Shown here piece after piece: positions 50,600-62,249 of a stretch of 64,000 nucleotides of DNA (within the stretch, counting starts at the first letter, position 1; the number at the start of each line of letters is the position of its first letter). Made by a program: the position numbers and the translations under genes. The notes beneath the pieces are model-generated. The model searched no databases. It was not told the DNA's origin and worked only from the letters and a program-made list of their open reading frames with translations. The DNA lies in contig OZ287075.1 in assembly GCA_965645245.1 (NCBI GenBank), positions 806,001-870,000 of the forward strand. Reading direction: 5' to 3'. This DNA is from Massalongia carnosa. Its lineage: Eukaryota.

Positions 50600-51267
50600 T
50601 GTGACGGTTCCACTATGCGTGGTGCGGACGGCAGCACCTAAATCGAACATAGCAGGAGTCCTAGTTATAGTAGAATAGAGCTTGCTCTGCGGACTAAGTG
50701 TCAGGGCATAGAAGGAATAAGGGCTAAGCTAACTAAGCGGGGCTTAGTTCTACGGCTAGGCTTAGTCATATGGAAAGCAGTTGGTCTGCGTTACGCGGTT
50801 GGTATCTACTGCCGAGAGTATAGTACGAGCGATCGAGATATACGAGGATGCTCGTACGATTAGTAAGCGGATAGTACGATACAGTCAGCACAGTATCCAC
50901 GATACAGTCAGCACGGTGTCTTCGATGCAGTAAGCAGAGTGTTTAGCCGGCTTATCCGGTAGGAGTAATGAGCGGTCAAGATAGTTACAGTATCAAGGGC
51001 CCAGAGGGTCAAGGGCTTAGGTCCGGGTATATAAGGAGGCTGCTCGAGGGAGATGCAATCTTCAACGATTAGTCTTCCGCTTTACCTACATACTTCTTTT
51101 AGTATATTAGTATAGCAAATCATTAGTGTCTTCACATTTTCACATATCCCTAGGCCTGGTGTCTGCTAATCGCCAGGTCTAACTCTTACACTAAGTATTA
51201 TGCCTTTTGGTCGGGAAGGACAGGTAGCGCAATAGTAGAAATCTACTCACTATCTCACTTCGTCACA
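50600..51267. mobile_element. Short (~170-bp) solo LTR split by a Gypsy-2 solo LTR
   Basis: TGTGACG...CGTCACA ends; TSD AACCC/AACTC (4 of 5 match). Confidence 0.55.
50699..51190 (+). mobile_element. Gypsy-2 solo LTR
   Basis: Matches 18120-18633 minus one 23-bp unit; perfect TSD CTAAG. Confidence 0.95.
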
Positions 51268-52695
51268 AACTCAATCTGCGTCTAGCTAGCCGTGCCTCCT
51301 ACTACAACTCTTGATCTATCAAGAGAACGTGTAGCTCCGAGTAGGCCAGTAGATTCCATATAGAGTTTACGGCTAGTGTCCACAGGAGTTTACCTTATAC
51401 TCAATAGCAATCTATCACCGCGGCCTCGACAGGTGTTTGATCTGAAAGTTGTGTAGAACGTAGTAACAACTAATTCGCAGTTGTGTGGCAAGGTGACGTC
51501 GTGTCAGCCACGACGGCTATACGACTAAGTACTACGGCTTGGCTCATACTAGTTAATCCCGCAACCGCCGTAGGCGATTATGTATCCCTCAACCGCCATC
51601 TGTATTACAATTTTAGAGGTTTTAAACACATTTGTAAATTCTGAAAATTCTGAAAATTAGTCATCAAGAAATGATAATTAATAAGCAAAATTTTTATCAC
51701 TTCAGACGTCATATTTTCGTCGAATTTTAATATTTTATTGCACAAAAACTTGACCGGGTTGAACGGTTTAACCCGGAGACCCGCATAATAAACTTGAACC
51801 CGTCGGGTTGGGTTCGAGGGAGTCAACCCGACCCTGAAACCCAACCCAAACTCGACGGGTTTAACCCAACCCGTTGCGCGGCGTATGTTAATACTATTAT
51901 GATCTACCTAGAGACAAGTCATAGGGAAACTAGAAACGAATACAATAAAGATGAAAAGGGAAAGACAATCGACAACCAGAACCTTGCCCTATATATCCTC
52001 TACTGCGCTAGTACCCATGTGGTATAGTCGTCATGGAACCTTCTAGTAGCTGCGGGAACGAAATCGAAAGTCCCTGCGTGTTCTATCTACGATTGCCCAA
52101 GGCGTTGTCGAAGTCGTGCCGTGTAGAATCGTGACAAATACAGTAAAAATTTATCAATTCAATGAATATAATATTTACTACTATTTAAAACACTCGTAGA
52201 TTTCCTATTAGACTTAATCTAGATGTCAGGTCACGCACGTCCTGACATAAGCGAATCGGTTATTATAACCGATCTCCAATCTCCGACTAGGACACGGCTC
52301 GTGTTCGTATTCTTCTTTTCATTGTACCAATCATAATCACTGTAATTAAATCACCGGACTCGCGACCTAAAGAAGTGGGGCTATAGGATAAAGACCTGAT
52401 TGCCCACTTCTTTCGAGGGGTCACTAATCAATTTATTGATTTACCGCTCTCTATTCGTACATTCATCACGAGTCCATATAGTAGTCGCGCTGTTAGACTT
52501 GACCCCTTACACTAGAGATTATAAGATCGGCTTAGATTATCATATTATCTCGTTTAACAAAGACTAATCAATTATGAAACAAAAACTGTTAAACAGCATT
52601 CTTTTTTCTTAATATTACGATTATACATAACATTTTTATTATAATCCTATAACTATTGATATATATTTAGGGTACGGATAGAAGCACACCCCTTT

Positions 52696-54017
52696 TTTTA
52701 TTTTTTTTTATTTATTCATTAAGTGTATTCAACCTAAGGTTATGACACTAAACTATTTTAGGATATGTTTCTATATTACAAATAAATCAACCCTTTATAA
52801 CCCATCTATGTATTGTCAATTTTTCCCCATTTTTACTCCGTGTTAGTAACAACCTATAGTAATCGAAGAATATCGATTTTAAAATTTGTCTTTGTAAGTT
52901 CGTGAATGTTTCAGCATAAATCGTTTCTGATTTTACTGTTCGATCTCTCCCCAACCTCCAGGTTCGAAAATCTCGTCATCAAGCTGACCTAGTGTCCATT
53001 TTCTTGTCGCGATTTTGTTATTGATAATGAATTTAATCAAAATGTCATTTCCGATTTTTGTATTAAACAACATATTCAAGTTGATCGTAGTATCGATATT
53101 TTGTTTCATGTTTTGAATTTCATCGAAATAGTGAATGCAATTCAATAACAAGTGTTCTGGCGTTTGTCGTTGATTGCATCGATTTGAGCATTTTGACGAA
53201 TTATAATCTTTTAATCGCTGTAAATATGATCGAAAATAGCCGTGTCCGAATTTTAATTGCATAATAGTAGCAAATATCAATTTGGAACAGTTGTTTGATA
53301 AATAATAAAATCTCGATATGCCAGGTTTCATTTCGAATTTCTCGTAGTATTTGCCTTTTGATTTGCCTTGTTGCCATTGATTCGTCCATGTGGTTAGCAT
53401 ATTTTGATTTATTTGATCTTTTACATAATCAAATATTATCGCCGAGGATTCGACTAGGATTTGATTATGGCCCGTCTTTGCTATTTTGTCTGCAATTTCG
53501 TTTTCGGTAATATTTGAATAACTCGGAACCCATTGCAAAATCACCTGAAAATTGCTTTCAAATAAGAGTTTTGCGAGCTTTCGAATTTGTCTGGCGAAAA
53601 TATGATTTGTCAAGTTCTGAATTTCGTTTATCGCGTTTATACTATCAGAAAAAATCCAAATCGTTTTTTCTAAGTTCGATAAAATATTAGTATTCGACAA
53701 TTTATAGACCCATTTCATTGCTTGTAAAATCGCATGCAGTTCAGCATTTTTAATGCTTGACTGTTTGCTTAATTTCCAGCTTTTCGAAATCGTATGATAC
53801 TTGATCAGACAATCTTTTTCGATAAATCGATTAAAATTATTGATAATACTACTCCAATTCCTTATAATTGGCGCAAATGTGACTGCAGACGTTGCAAATT
53901 CGATTTTCGATCCGTCTGTATAAAGTAAAACTCGAGATTTATCGGAGTTCATTGATTTAATTTTGGATAAGGTCGAATAATAACTTGATTTAGCAGATTC
54001 CTTTGTATTTTCGATTT
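52696..54017 (-). mobile_element. 5'-truncated B1-like LINE inside the MULE left TIR
   Basis: Poly(T) and RNase H/CCHC coding. TSD GAAGCACACCCCTTT at 52681-52695 and 54018-54032. Confidence 0.93.
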
Positions 54018-54241
54018 GAAGCACACCCCTTTGGTTACCCACACACCCCCCTCGGTTACCCACACACCCCCGGTGGTTACCCACACACCCAACCCTAAAG
54101 TAGCTTAAGTTTGAAAAGTTTCTTCGGCCATTTTCCCTTATCGGGTGACCATCTTTCCTAACTAGGGAATTTTGATCCTGCATCTTCATTCTGCGTTTTC
54201 CCTGCATTGATACCCCGCATTACTGACGCCACGTCGTCATC

Positions 54242-56318
54242 ATGAGTCTTCTTTCTCCAGAAGATGGACAATCCTTCGAATCACAGGATGACCTTGTTAT
54301 TCGTGTTAATGAGCATGCCGCCCCACAAGGATATGCCATCGTGTTAAGCCGGACCAAGAAATCGAAACTCGGAATAAGAAGAAAGGCCTGGTTGATTTGT
54401 GATCGAGGAGGAAAGCCCCGAGGTCCTCAGGGACAGGAAAGACGTCATACCAGCAGTAGATGCATAGAATGTCCGTTTCTTCTGACTGCCAAGCGAATGG
54501 AAGAAGATGGAGGTGCCTGGATTCTGGAGGTGGTAAATGAGGAACATAATCATTCGTCCAGTCTCGCTGGCGCCCATCCGGTTCATAGAAGAATGGCGAT
54601 GACAGCAGAAGTGAAAAGTGAGATATCTCGTCAATTAACAGTGCAAGTAGCACCTTCCAAAGTTTTATCTAGTCTTCGCATTCCTGATCCCACTTTGGGA
54701 TCAGTCAACACGGACGATCCGGCCGATCCTCAGATTATTAATCCTCTTTTCAAACCTCGAGATATCTATAATCACAAAGCTCAGATGCGTCGCCACATTC
54801 TGGGACCGCTTACCCCCGTGCAGGCAGGCATTGATTCAAGAGTTGGATCGAGGGCATTGGACATACCACATGCAGAAAGATGAGCTGAATCGCTTCACTC
54901 ATCTCTTCTTCGTCAGAGAAAGCTCCCGAACTCTTCTGAAGACAAACTATGAGGTGTTGGTAATGGACTGCACCTACAAGACAAATCGATATCGCATGCC
55001 TCTTCTTATTGTAAGTGGTCAGACCAGTCTGCATACAAATTTCTATGTGGCTTTCTGTTTCATGGCATCAGAAACCACCGCCGATTACACGTGGGTATTT
55101 TCTCATCTGAAGGCATTGTATTTGCAACTCGAACTTCCTGATCCAGTCGTTATCGTCTCTGATATCGAACGTGCTTTGATGTCCGCTATTGATCAGACTT
55201 TTCCGAACACTAATCATCTTCTTTGCATTTGGCACATCAACAACAACATCGTAGCCAGTTGTAAGAAAAGCTTTGATACCAAAGAAGCATGGGATGCCTT
55301 CTTTGCTGAATGGAAATCTATCGTATACGCCACTACCGAACCGGAATTCTGGCAACTATGGGGGCGGTTTTGTGGTACGATTCCGGGAAATTGCGTGGAG
55401 TATATCACCTCAACTTATTTGTCTTTTCGGTATCATTTCGTCAAATGCTACACTGACAAGATGTTGCATTTTGATACCACGACGACATCTCGAGGTGAAG
55501 GCGGTCATGCAGTTTTGAAACGTCAGCTGGGATCATCGACCGGAGATCTGAAGACGGTGGTGGATGGCATCAACTTACTATTGATCAATAAACTTCACAA
55601 CTATCTTATTACATTCAACGAAGCCAGAGACCGACTTCCCATGGATCTTCGAAAACCAGTTTTTCAGCGATTAACCGGATTCGTCACCCCTCATGCCCTA
55701 CGAAAGATGCTTCTTCAGTACAATCTTGTGGTCGGACGACCCATAGTATTGGGGCCTTGCATCTATGCTTACACCATCACAACTGGACTTCCATGTAGTC
55801 ATAAAATCCAGGAAAGGTTGTATGAGGAAGGAAGTCTGTTGATTGAAGACGTTCATCCATATTGGAGGTAGGTTATTGGATACATTCAGAGTTTCCCTGC
55901 GATTACTAACTATTGTAGGTTTCAGAGAACCATGCCTGCCAATACGAGGAATGACTTACTATTGGTGCAAGAACCGGAGATGGCAAGAACTCGAGGACGT
56001 CCTCAAGGAGCTGAGAATCTCAACAGAAGGACCATAGCATTTGAGGCCTCTACCAATCGAGTACCTTCTCAATTCGAACGTGTCGAGATGGAGACAGCTG
56101 GGATAAACGAGATAGTCGATCCAGAGGTGGAACGTGTTATACAAAGAGCCGATCCAGCACCCGGAAAACGAGGAAGGCCACGAGGTCGACCCCGAGGTGT
56201 AGGAAAAGGGGCGGGACAAGGTAGAAGAAAGAAACAACCGAAATCAGCTGGCATGAGGGGACAATCAGAATTAGCTGGCACAGGGGGACAATCAGAATTA
56301 GCTGGCACGGGGGGATAA
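54242..56318 (+). pseudogene. MULE transposase (FAR1-like N-terminus, DDE domain, SWIM-like motif, AT-hooks); frameshift ~54825; intron 55868-55918
   Basis: MDCTYKTNRYRMPL, SDIERAL, LCIWHI, TTSRGEGGH, GLPCSH, RGRPRGRP. A 4-bp duplication causes the frameshift. A GTAGGT..CTAAC..TAG intron joins the frames. Confidence 0.9.
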
Positions 56319-56365
56319 TCAGAATTAGCTGGCACGGGGGGATAATCAGAATCAGCTGGCACGGG
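56242..56365 (+). repeat. 27-bp tandem repeat (about 4.5 units) in the transposase C-terminus
   Basis: AATCAGAATTAGCTGGCACGGGGGGA(C/T) units encoding QSELAGTGG. Confidence 0.9.
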
Positions 56366-56747
56366 ATACAGGCCACAGGCGGAGTAGCTAGGCTGCAGAA
56401 AGACTGGTCTAATCAAATCGTGGTCTGATTGACGAAGATGGTCTCAATCGACTCCGTTTGAAAAAGTTGGGTCAGAGCTGGCAAGGGGTGTACAGCTAGG
56501 CACGTGCCAGGTGATTAAGTAAAATATTAGGTTGTGGGGAAAATTTTAACGGCTTAACCTAGTTAGGAAAGGTGGTCAGCCAATAAGGGAAAGTGGCCGA
56601 AGAAACTTTTCAAACTTAAGCTACTTTAGGGTAGGGTATGTGGGTAACCACCGGGGGTGTGTGGGTAACCGAGGGGGGTGTGTGGGTAACCAAAGGGGTG
56701 TGCTTCTATCCGTACCCTATATTTATTTTAACATATAATGATATAAT

Positions 56748-56901
56748 CCGAACTCTCTATAGAACAATCTGTCCTACTGAGCATAAAACAGCTGAAAATA
56801 CTCACGCAGCTAAAAAATGCAGAAAGCGCTCTAATAACACAAATCCGCACTAGCAAGATCGGGTTAGCTGACTTCTTCTACAAGCGACGGGTACCCTCCG
56901 A
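56748..56901 (+). mobile_element. Family A LINE ORF2 fragment
   Basis: Matches about 2571-2723. Confidence 0.8.
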
Positions 56902-57061
56902 TACGCGGCACAACGGGTCGGTTTTCTCTACGGAGGATGACACGGAAAGTCCTTGGTAGCGCGCATTAGTGCTATTTTAGCTTCAGGAAGAAGAGACACT
57001 AAAGTCCAAATAGGGTTTATTAGAAATACTGTATATTTAGTACTCTACACAATCTTTCATT

Positions 57062-57455
57062 TATTGATGATTATGATATATTCAATCTCCGATATGTCAC
57101 CGGCCGTAGGCCGGCCCATGCGGGCAAAGCTATCTAAGTTTTGTTACATGGAAAACCTTTTTCAGGTGTAAAAACTATATCCCTTGATACCTGTCCGATG
57201 TGATACCGGGTCGACGTCGGACAGGAGACGTAGAGCGAATATCATGTGAGAACTGTGACGCCCTGTGAGATAAGAAGGAAAAGAGAAGTAAAACTACTAT
57301 TGATTGTACAATAGTGTAGATGCTAGTGAGAATTGGGTCAGTAGACTTGTTTTCATAAGCCTAGTAGTTAATATCTTTAGAGTTTTTGATTTTTCGGCCA
57401 GCTGTTGATAGTTGTTCGTGCTAGCGGCGTAAAACATCTATTGTCTATTGTCAAT
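57062..57455 (-). mobile_element. Family A LINE 3' end, diverged
   Basis: Reverse complement of about 2790-3185, including the conserved terminal stem-loop. Confidence 0.85.
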
Positions 57456-57815
57456 AAGTGTAATAGTGTAGGCCTAGTATTCGTTCGTGAAACGTAAGAC
57501 TGGCCTATGTGGCTATGTGGGATACGTACAGCCAAAACAACTACCAAGACAATAAGGTCCCGCCTAACCCAGTTAGGTATAGTGTGGGGACTTAACCTAT
57601 TATGGAGGTGTTTTCGTAGTACACGAAGTATCCCCTCGCCTCGCCTCACCTCCCCTAGCTCACCTGCCTACTCTTATCTACCCGTGTCTTTCGGTGTCCG
57701 AAGTATTTCGGAGTCCGAAAATACCAGGTAGTATGGGCAAGGTATGGAAGAAGAGCTTAGGTTATGGATTGTCTTATCCTATATAGATCAATGATCAAGC
57801 ACTTTAAAAGGGTAG

Positions 57816-58157
57816 TGTAGAAGGGTAGTCGTGCGTGCCAATAGAAGATGGTGGAACGTGATGATAGATGGCGAACTGAGCAGTGAACATATACACACAC
57901 ACACACAAACGTCTGAATAGACCTACGACTGCATAGACATGAAAAGAACTCGACGACTGAACGACAAAACGACTAGTCTATGCAACGAAATGAACGTGTG
58001 TCGACGACTACGTGACACGAGGATGATGATGACAGCGTAGGTGATAGAAGATGATGTCCGGCGATGATGAAGAAAACGCCAGCAAAAAAACCCGTTTTAT
58101 CCCCACACAGGCCTGCCATGTCACCTGACTATAGATGACACATGTCGCCCCACAACA
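57816..58157 (-). mobile_element. Solo LTR of the 47506-50394 family
   Basis: TG...CA ends; matches 50061-50394; 4-bp TSD GTAG. Confidence 0.9.
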
Positions 58158-58312
58158 GTAGCATTTAGTCTACCCTTTTACCCGACCCTACCGATTTTGT
58201 ACCTCTATTGTGACCTTCACGTTGTGTAGCCCCTGTGGATCCCCTCTTCCAGTAGTGAATGCCTGCTGTGAGACGGTCTCCCCGTTTCAATAAGTCTACA
58301 GAATATAATTAC

Positions 58313-58392
58313 GTGTTCTGGAGTTTGTCTATGCCAGCAACATAGGCAGGCCGGTGAGGTGACGGCGGGGACCCGTCGCTGGTAGAGGAATC
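58313..58392 (-). mobile_element. Short family A LINE fragment (CCHC region)
   Basis: Reverse complement of about 2695-2773. Confidence 0.7.
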
Positions 58393-59216
58393 TTTTATTT
58401 ATTATATATCGTTAAATAAAATATTATAAACCTCAAATTATAATATCGAGAACTCAGAGTAATAGTCTAGCCATTAGATAAAGATTACAAGTATTATTAT
58501 TGATTAAACACGGCAAATATTAGTCAAAGTCGTTCAAGTAATTACCGAAGTCTCTATTCATTCTATTAGCTCTCTCAAACGCAAGGCTCGAGATCGAGGA
58601 TATGACCCTACAGTTTTACGGGTTCTGAAGGTAGAATATATACAAGATACGCCTCGTTCGAGACGTCCTTCCAAAGTGACGCCTGCAATAGAATAGGTTA
58701 ACGTAACCCACCACTAGTTCGTCACCCACCACTACTTTAAACACCAGAAATGCTTCATTTACCTTTCTGTCGCCAGCTGCAACGTCGTCGATATGAAAAA
58801 CTTCATGAATCTAACTAAAGACGCCTCTTATTCAGCTATTAATCTAACCCCGGACCGAAGGAATTGCTTCAATTGGTCGCCCAGAGCCCAAACCAACCAC
58901 CCTTTTTGATCCGACTTCCCCATGCCTTCCGAGTCTCTCCAGGCGACAAATCTCTTCGTAATAGCTTCATGATCAACAGTATTAATTATAGTGAGATGAC
59001 GAGTATGGTTTTGAATGAAACTAGTTCGCTTAGCTACAAATAAGATCTAAATCAAAGGGGTTGGAATTATCAGAGGCCCAAATGAACATAAAAGATCTTT
59101 TTTCATCGGATAGTTCTCCCAATCTTCGTTGTTTTTTGTATGTAAAATAGTCGTATAATTGTCGAATTCCTAGACAATCTTCTATCTTTTTCCTGCCTCT
59201 TCAAAGACCTTTCGAC

Positions 59217-59669
59217 ATGGCCAGTTCAATTGAAAAATTCCCATCCGGCGCGCACCCTTCCATCTCTTCCAATCAGAAGAACGTACAGGTTCCATGTTCT
59301 GATCTTGTCGAGGTCTCCGAGACTCCCGATACCAGTCATCATCTATTTTTTTATTCTTCCCCTCCTCTCCCGCAACGTTCAATAAATCAGGTGCTTCAGG
59401 CCATCGCTATAAGACGACAGTTCGAAGAGCTTGTCGAAGAACCTTTTGTAGATGGCATATCTGGAAAGGAGTAGAGAGAGCGAGTGCATCGACAATTGAA
59501 CACGAAGCTCGAGGCCGCTTTGAAGGATAATGATCTCGACAAGAAGCTTGATCTACTGCGTCAACTGGCATATTGTCAGGTCTTAGAACGGGAGGGCTAT
59601 TGGACAGGTCTCGTACGCGTACCGGACATGACTATATACATGTGCGCAAAGAAATTCGCGGAGAAGTGA
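59217..59669 (+). pseudogene. Passenger frame (~150 codons, one internal TAG) inside the pogo element; product unknown
   Basis: ORFs 59217-59474 and 59484-59669 share a frame; ATG start; no transposase motifs. Confidence 0.5.
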
Positions 59670-59751
59670 AAGAATAGTTGGAGACTTTTTATGCATCATC
59701 GCCCTCTCCAACTCGCATGAACTCGGTATGTTCTTCCCTGTCTTCCTCGCC

Positions 59752-61864
59752 ATGTCATCGCCTTTGGCCAGGCGGGTGATTGCGCCGCTTTCCAGAGGAG
59801 ATCGTGTAGGTCTAGCTGTCATAGCTGCAAAGAGCAAAAGAAAAACAGCGAACGAAGTCGCTCTTATTTACGGGGTCAACAGGGGAACTGTGGCCCGTCG
59901 AATAAAAGGAAGTCGAAATGCCGCGGATTATAGTCTGACTCGTCGCCTTTTGGATGACAGCGAGGAGCAATCCATTCTTAATTAAATTGATTCGAGCACT
60001 ACTTTTGGGTTTTCCCGCTCGCTTTGATATGATTCGTGAAAAGGTCATGAAGTTGTTGAGACTTCGCGTTGAATCTTTTGCATCTTTGGGAATTAATTAG
60101 ACGAAGCGCCTTTTTGATCGATATTCGGACTATCGTTCTCGATTTCCTCGTTACTTGGATCAGGAACGACATTGGAACACTGATCGCAAAGTGTTCGAGG
60201 ATTAGTTCTCGCTTGTTCGAAGAACAATGGACAAGTATGGCATTGCGACAGGTGATGTTTATAACATGGATGAAAAGGGACATCTGATGGGAGTTGCGGG
60301 AAATATTCGGTAAGTGATCACATTTTCAGCTAAGTCACTTTCGGTTAGAAAATATCTGAGACTAGATATTTTACGGTTAATAAGCTTGGGCGGGGCTACA
60401 TTCCAGTTCATCGATTGGTTTAAAATTTAATCTTGATTTAAAGTTTTAAGCCTCATCGTTTAAGTTTTAATGTTTACGCTTAAATTTTTATTATTTTGTA
60501 GAAAGGTCATCGGGCGACGATGCGACAAAAACGCTTTTTCCGTTCATTCTGGAGACAGGAAATGGAGCACCTGCATAGTGTTCGTTTCTACTCGAGGATG
60601 CGTGTTTAAGCTCATGATTATCTTCGAAGGTATACGAATAGTAAAACCCTGAAAGGAGGAATTTCTCAAGGCAATCTTTGCCGTTAGCAAGAATGGCTGG
60701 ACTGACAACAGTCATGGACTGACCTGGGTGAGAGAGTGTTTCAATCGTCAGACAGTTTATCTGAAAGGCCGACGACTTCTTCTGATTGACAAGCATGCGT
60801 CTCATCTTATGACTCTGCTGATTTTATCACTGCTGGTCAGTAGATATAATTCCGCTCTGTCTTCCACCTTATACTAATCATTTTCTTTAGCCTTTAAACG
60901 TAGAATGTTTCGGACCTCTAAACAAAGCATAAAAAAACAGCTAAAGAAGCGATATAAATTCGGAGAGCTGTACGTGAATAAATTGAATTATCTGAAGTTT
61001 CTCAAGAGGGCAAGAGAAACGGTCATGACTTTCGATGTAATCATGTTAGCTTAGGTTGCAACTGGTGAATAAAAGTAAAATTTTTTTGTTAATGTTTTGC
61101 TATCAAGTTCAGGTATTTATTCTTTTGACCCGCAGCGAGTAATTGAGAAATTACCTCAATTTCTTCAATCGGTTCCTTCGGCCCCTTCGAGTTCAATCGT
61201 ATTTCCCTTAACCTCTACCTCCACCTCCACCTTCATTAACAGTTCATTTTCGAAAATTTCTTTCGATAGAACTCCTTCTAACAATCGCGATTACTCTGCT
61301 ATGTTGAATTCATTGGAAATTTTCATACCCAAATCACATCAAGACCGGCTTCGGCGTCTCAAAAGAGCAACTGCTATCGCCTTCGCAGATCGAACACTTC
61401 TTCAAGACTCTACTCAGTCATTATTCAAATCGAATCTGGCCAAGAAGAAGAGAAAGAAAAAGAGAAAAGTAATAGGGAAAAGGGCTACTTATGACAGCGC
61501 TTTCGGACGTGTTCTCACCGAGGCTCAGGCCGAGGCATATCGCATAAAGAGAAGGAGAAAGCAGAGATCACTCGTCTGAGAAAGGAGGCCGTTGACACTA
61601 GAAAGATGAACGCTGCTGAAAAGAAGAAGGAGGCTGGAAAGAAAGAAAGATGAAAGAATCAAACGATTGGCCGCTCAGGCTGAGAAGAAAAAGAAAGAGG
61701 ATGAACTGAAGACTGAACGTAAGCGTGAACGAATGATAAAGGCTATGCAGAAGGAGAAGGAAAAGAGGTTGAAGATGTCAAATCAAGGACCATCGAAAAG
61801 AAGACGAGATAATTTGCCTACAAATACTCCATTTACCTCTCGAAGTCAGATGAAGTTTACCTGA
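59752..61864 (+). pseudogene. Fot1/pogo transposase (HTH, CENP-B-like, DDD), decayed; introns 60310-60501 and 61065-61112
   Basis: YGVNRGTVARR, VYNMDEKG, SKNGWTD, RLLLIDKHASH, LPPYTNHFL*PLNV. GT..AG introns restore the frame (R|KVI, TG|IYSF). Confidence 0.88.
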
Positions 61865-62249
61865 AATTCCACCCAAACACAATTGAATTTTGTATGAAAT
61901 TCGCCTACCCCGCAAGCTCGTTCTTTGAAAGCATCTCCGAGTCTTTACGGGTCGAGTTTGTACGCGCCTTATTTTATCAGGCCGGTGGTGAGGAAGGGAA
62001 GTCCTAATTTATGTAGACATAAATCTTGAGAGTTGAAGTTCGACGACGAGGTTTTTCGGATGGTAATGGAAGGGGTTGGGGGATGTAATTACTCTCGGGT
62101 GATGATCAGACTGTTTTCGAGTGACGAGGCTATTCAGATTTATATAATTCATTATTATTTTCGCTGTCATTGATGATGACGATAAGGGTATTTAGATATT
62201 CTGGTGTTTAAAGTATTGGTGGGTGACGAACTAGTGGTGGGTTACGTTA

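Larger units (their letters stand above)
50561..51885. mobile_element. Non-autonomous hAT-like element containing nested LTRs
   Basis: Imperfect 17-bp TIR (TACGCCACGCAACCGGT / ACCCGTTGCGCGGCGTA). 8-bp TSD TATTAATA/TGTTAATA. Iterated AACCC/GGGTT subterminal motifs. Confidence 0.75.
52670..56717 (+). mobile_element. Mutator-like element (MULE) with ~160-bp TIRs; left TIR interrupted by a LINE
   Basis: GGGTACGGATAGAAGCACACCCC...GGGGTGTGCTTCTATCCGTACCC. 8-bp TSD TATATTTA. Three GGTTACCCACACACCC units per TIR. Confidence 0.92.
58701..62247 (+). mobile_element. Fot1/pogo-like Tc1-mariner DNA transposon, 3547 bp
   Basis: 49-bp TIRs starting ACGTAACCCACC with one mismatch; TA TSD on both sides. Confidence 0.93.

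Noticed and set aside
51918..52136. Possible additional solo LTR ending CGTGACA
   Set aside because: No clean TG start, no TSD and no second copy in the window.
54033..54095. GGTTACCCACACACCC and GGGTT/AACCC repeats suggestive of telomeric or CRISPR repeats
   Set aside because: They are TIR or subterminal motifs of DNA transposons; no unique spacers and no (TTAGGG)n array.
52933..54207. 424-aa ORF with a novel-looking N-terminus (GCVGN repeats) fused to RNase H
   Set aside because: Chance read-through from the MULE TIR repeats into the inserted LINE; the junction coincides with the TSD.
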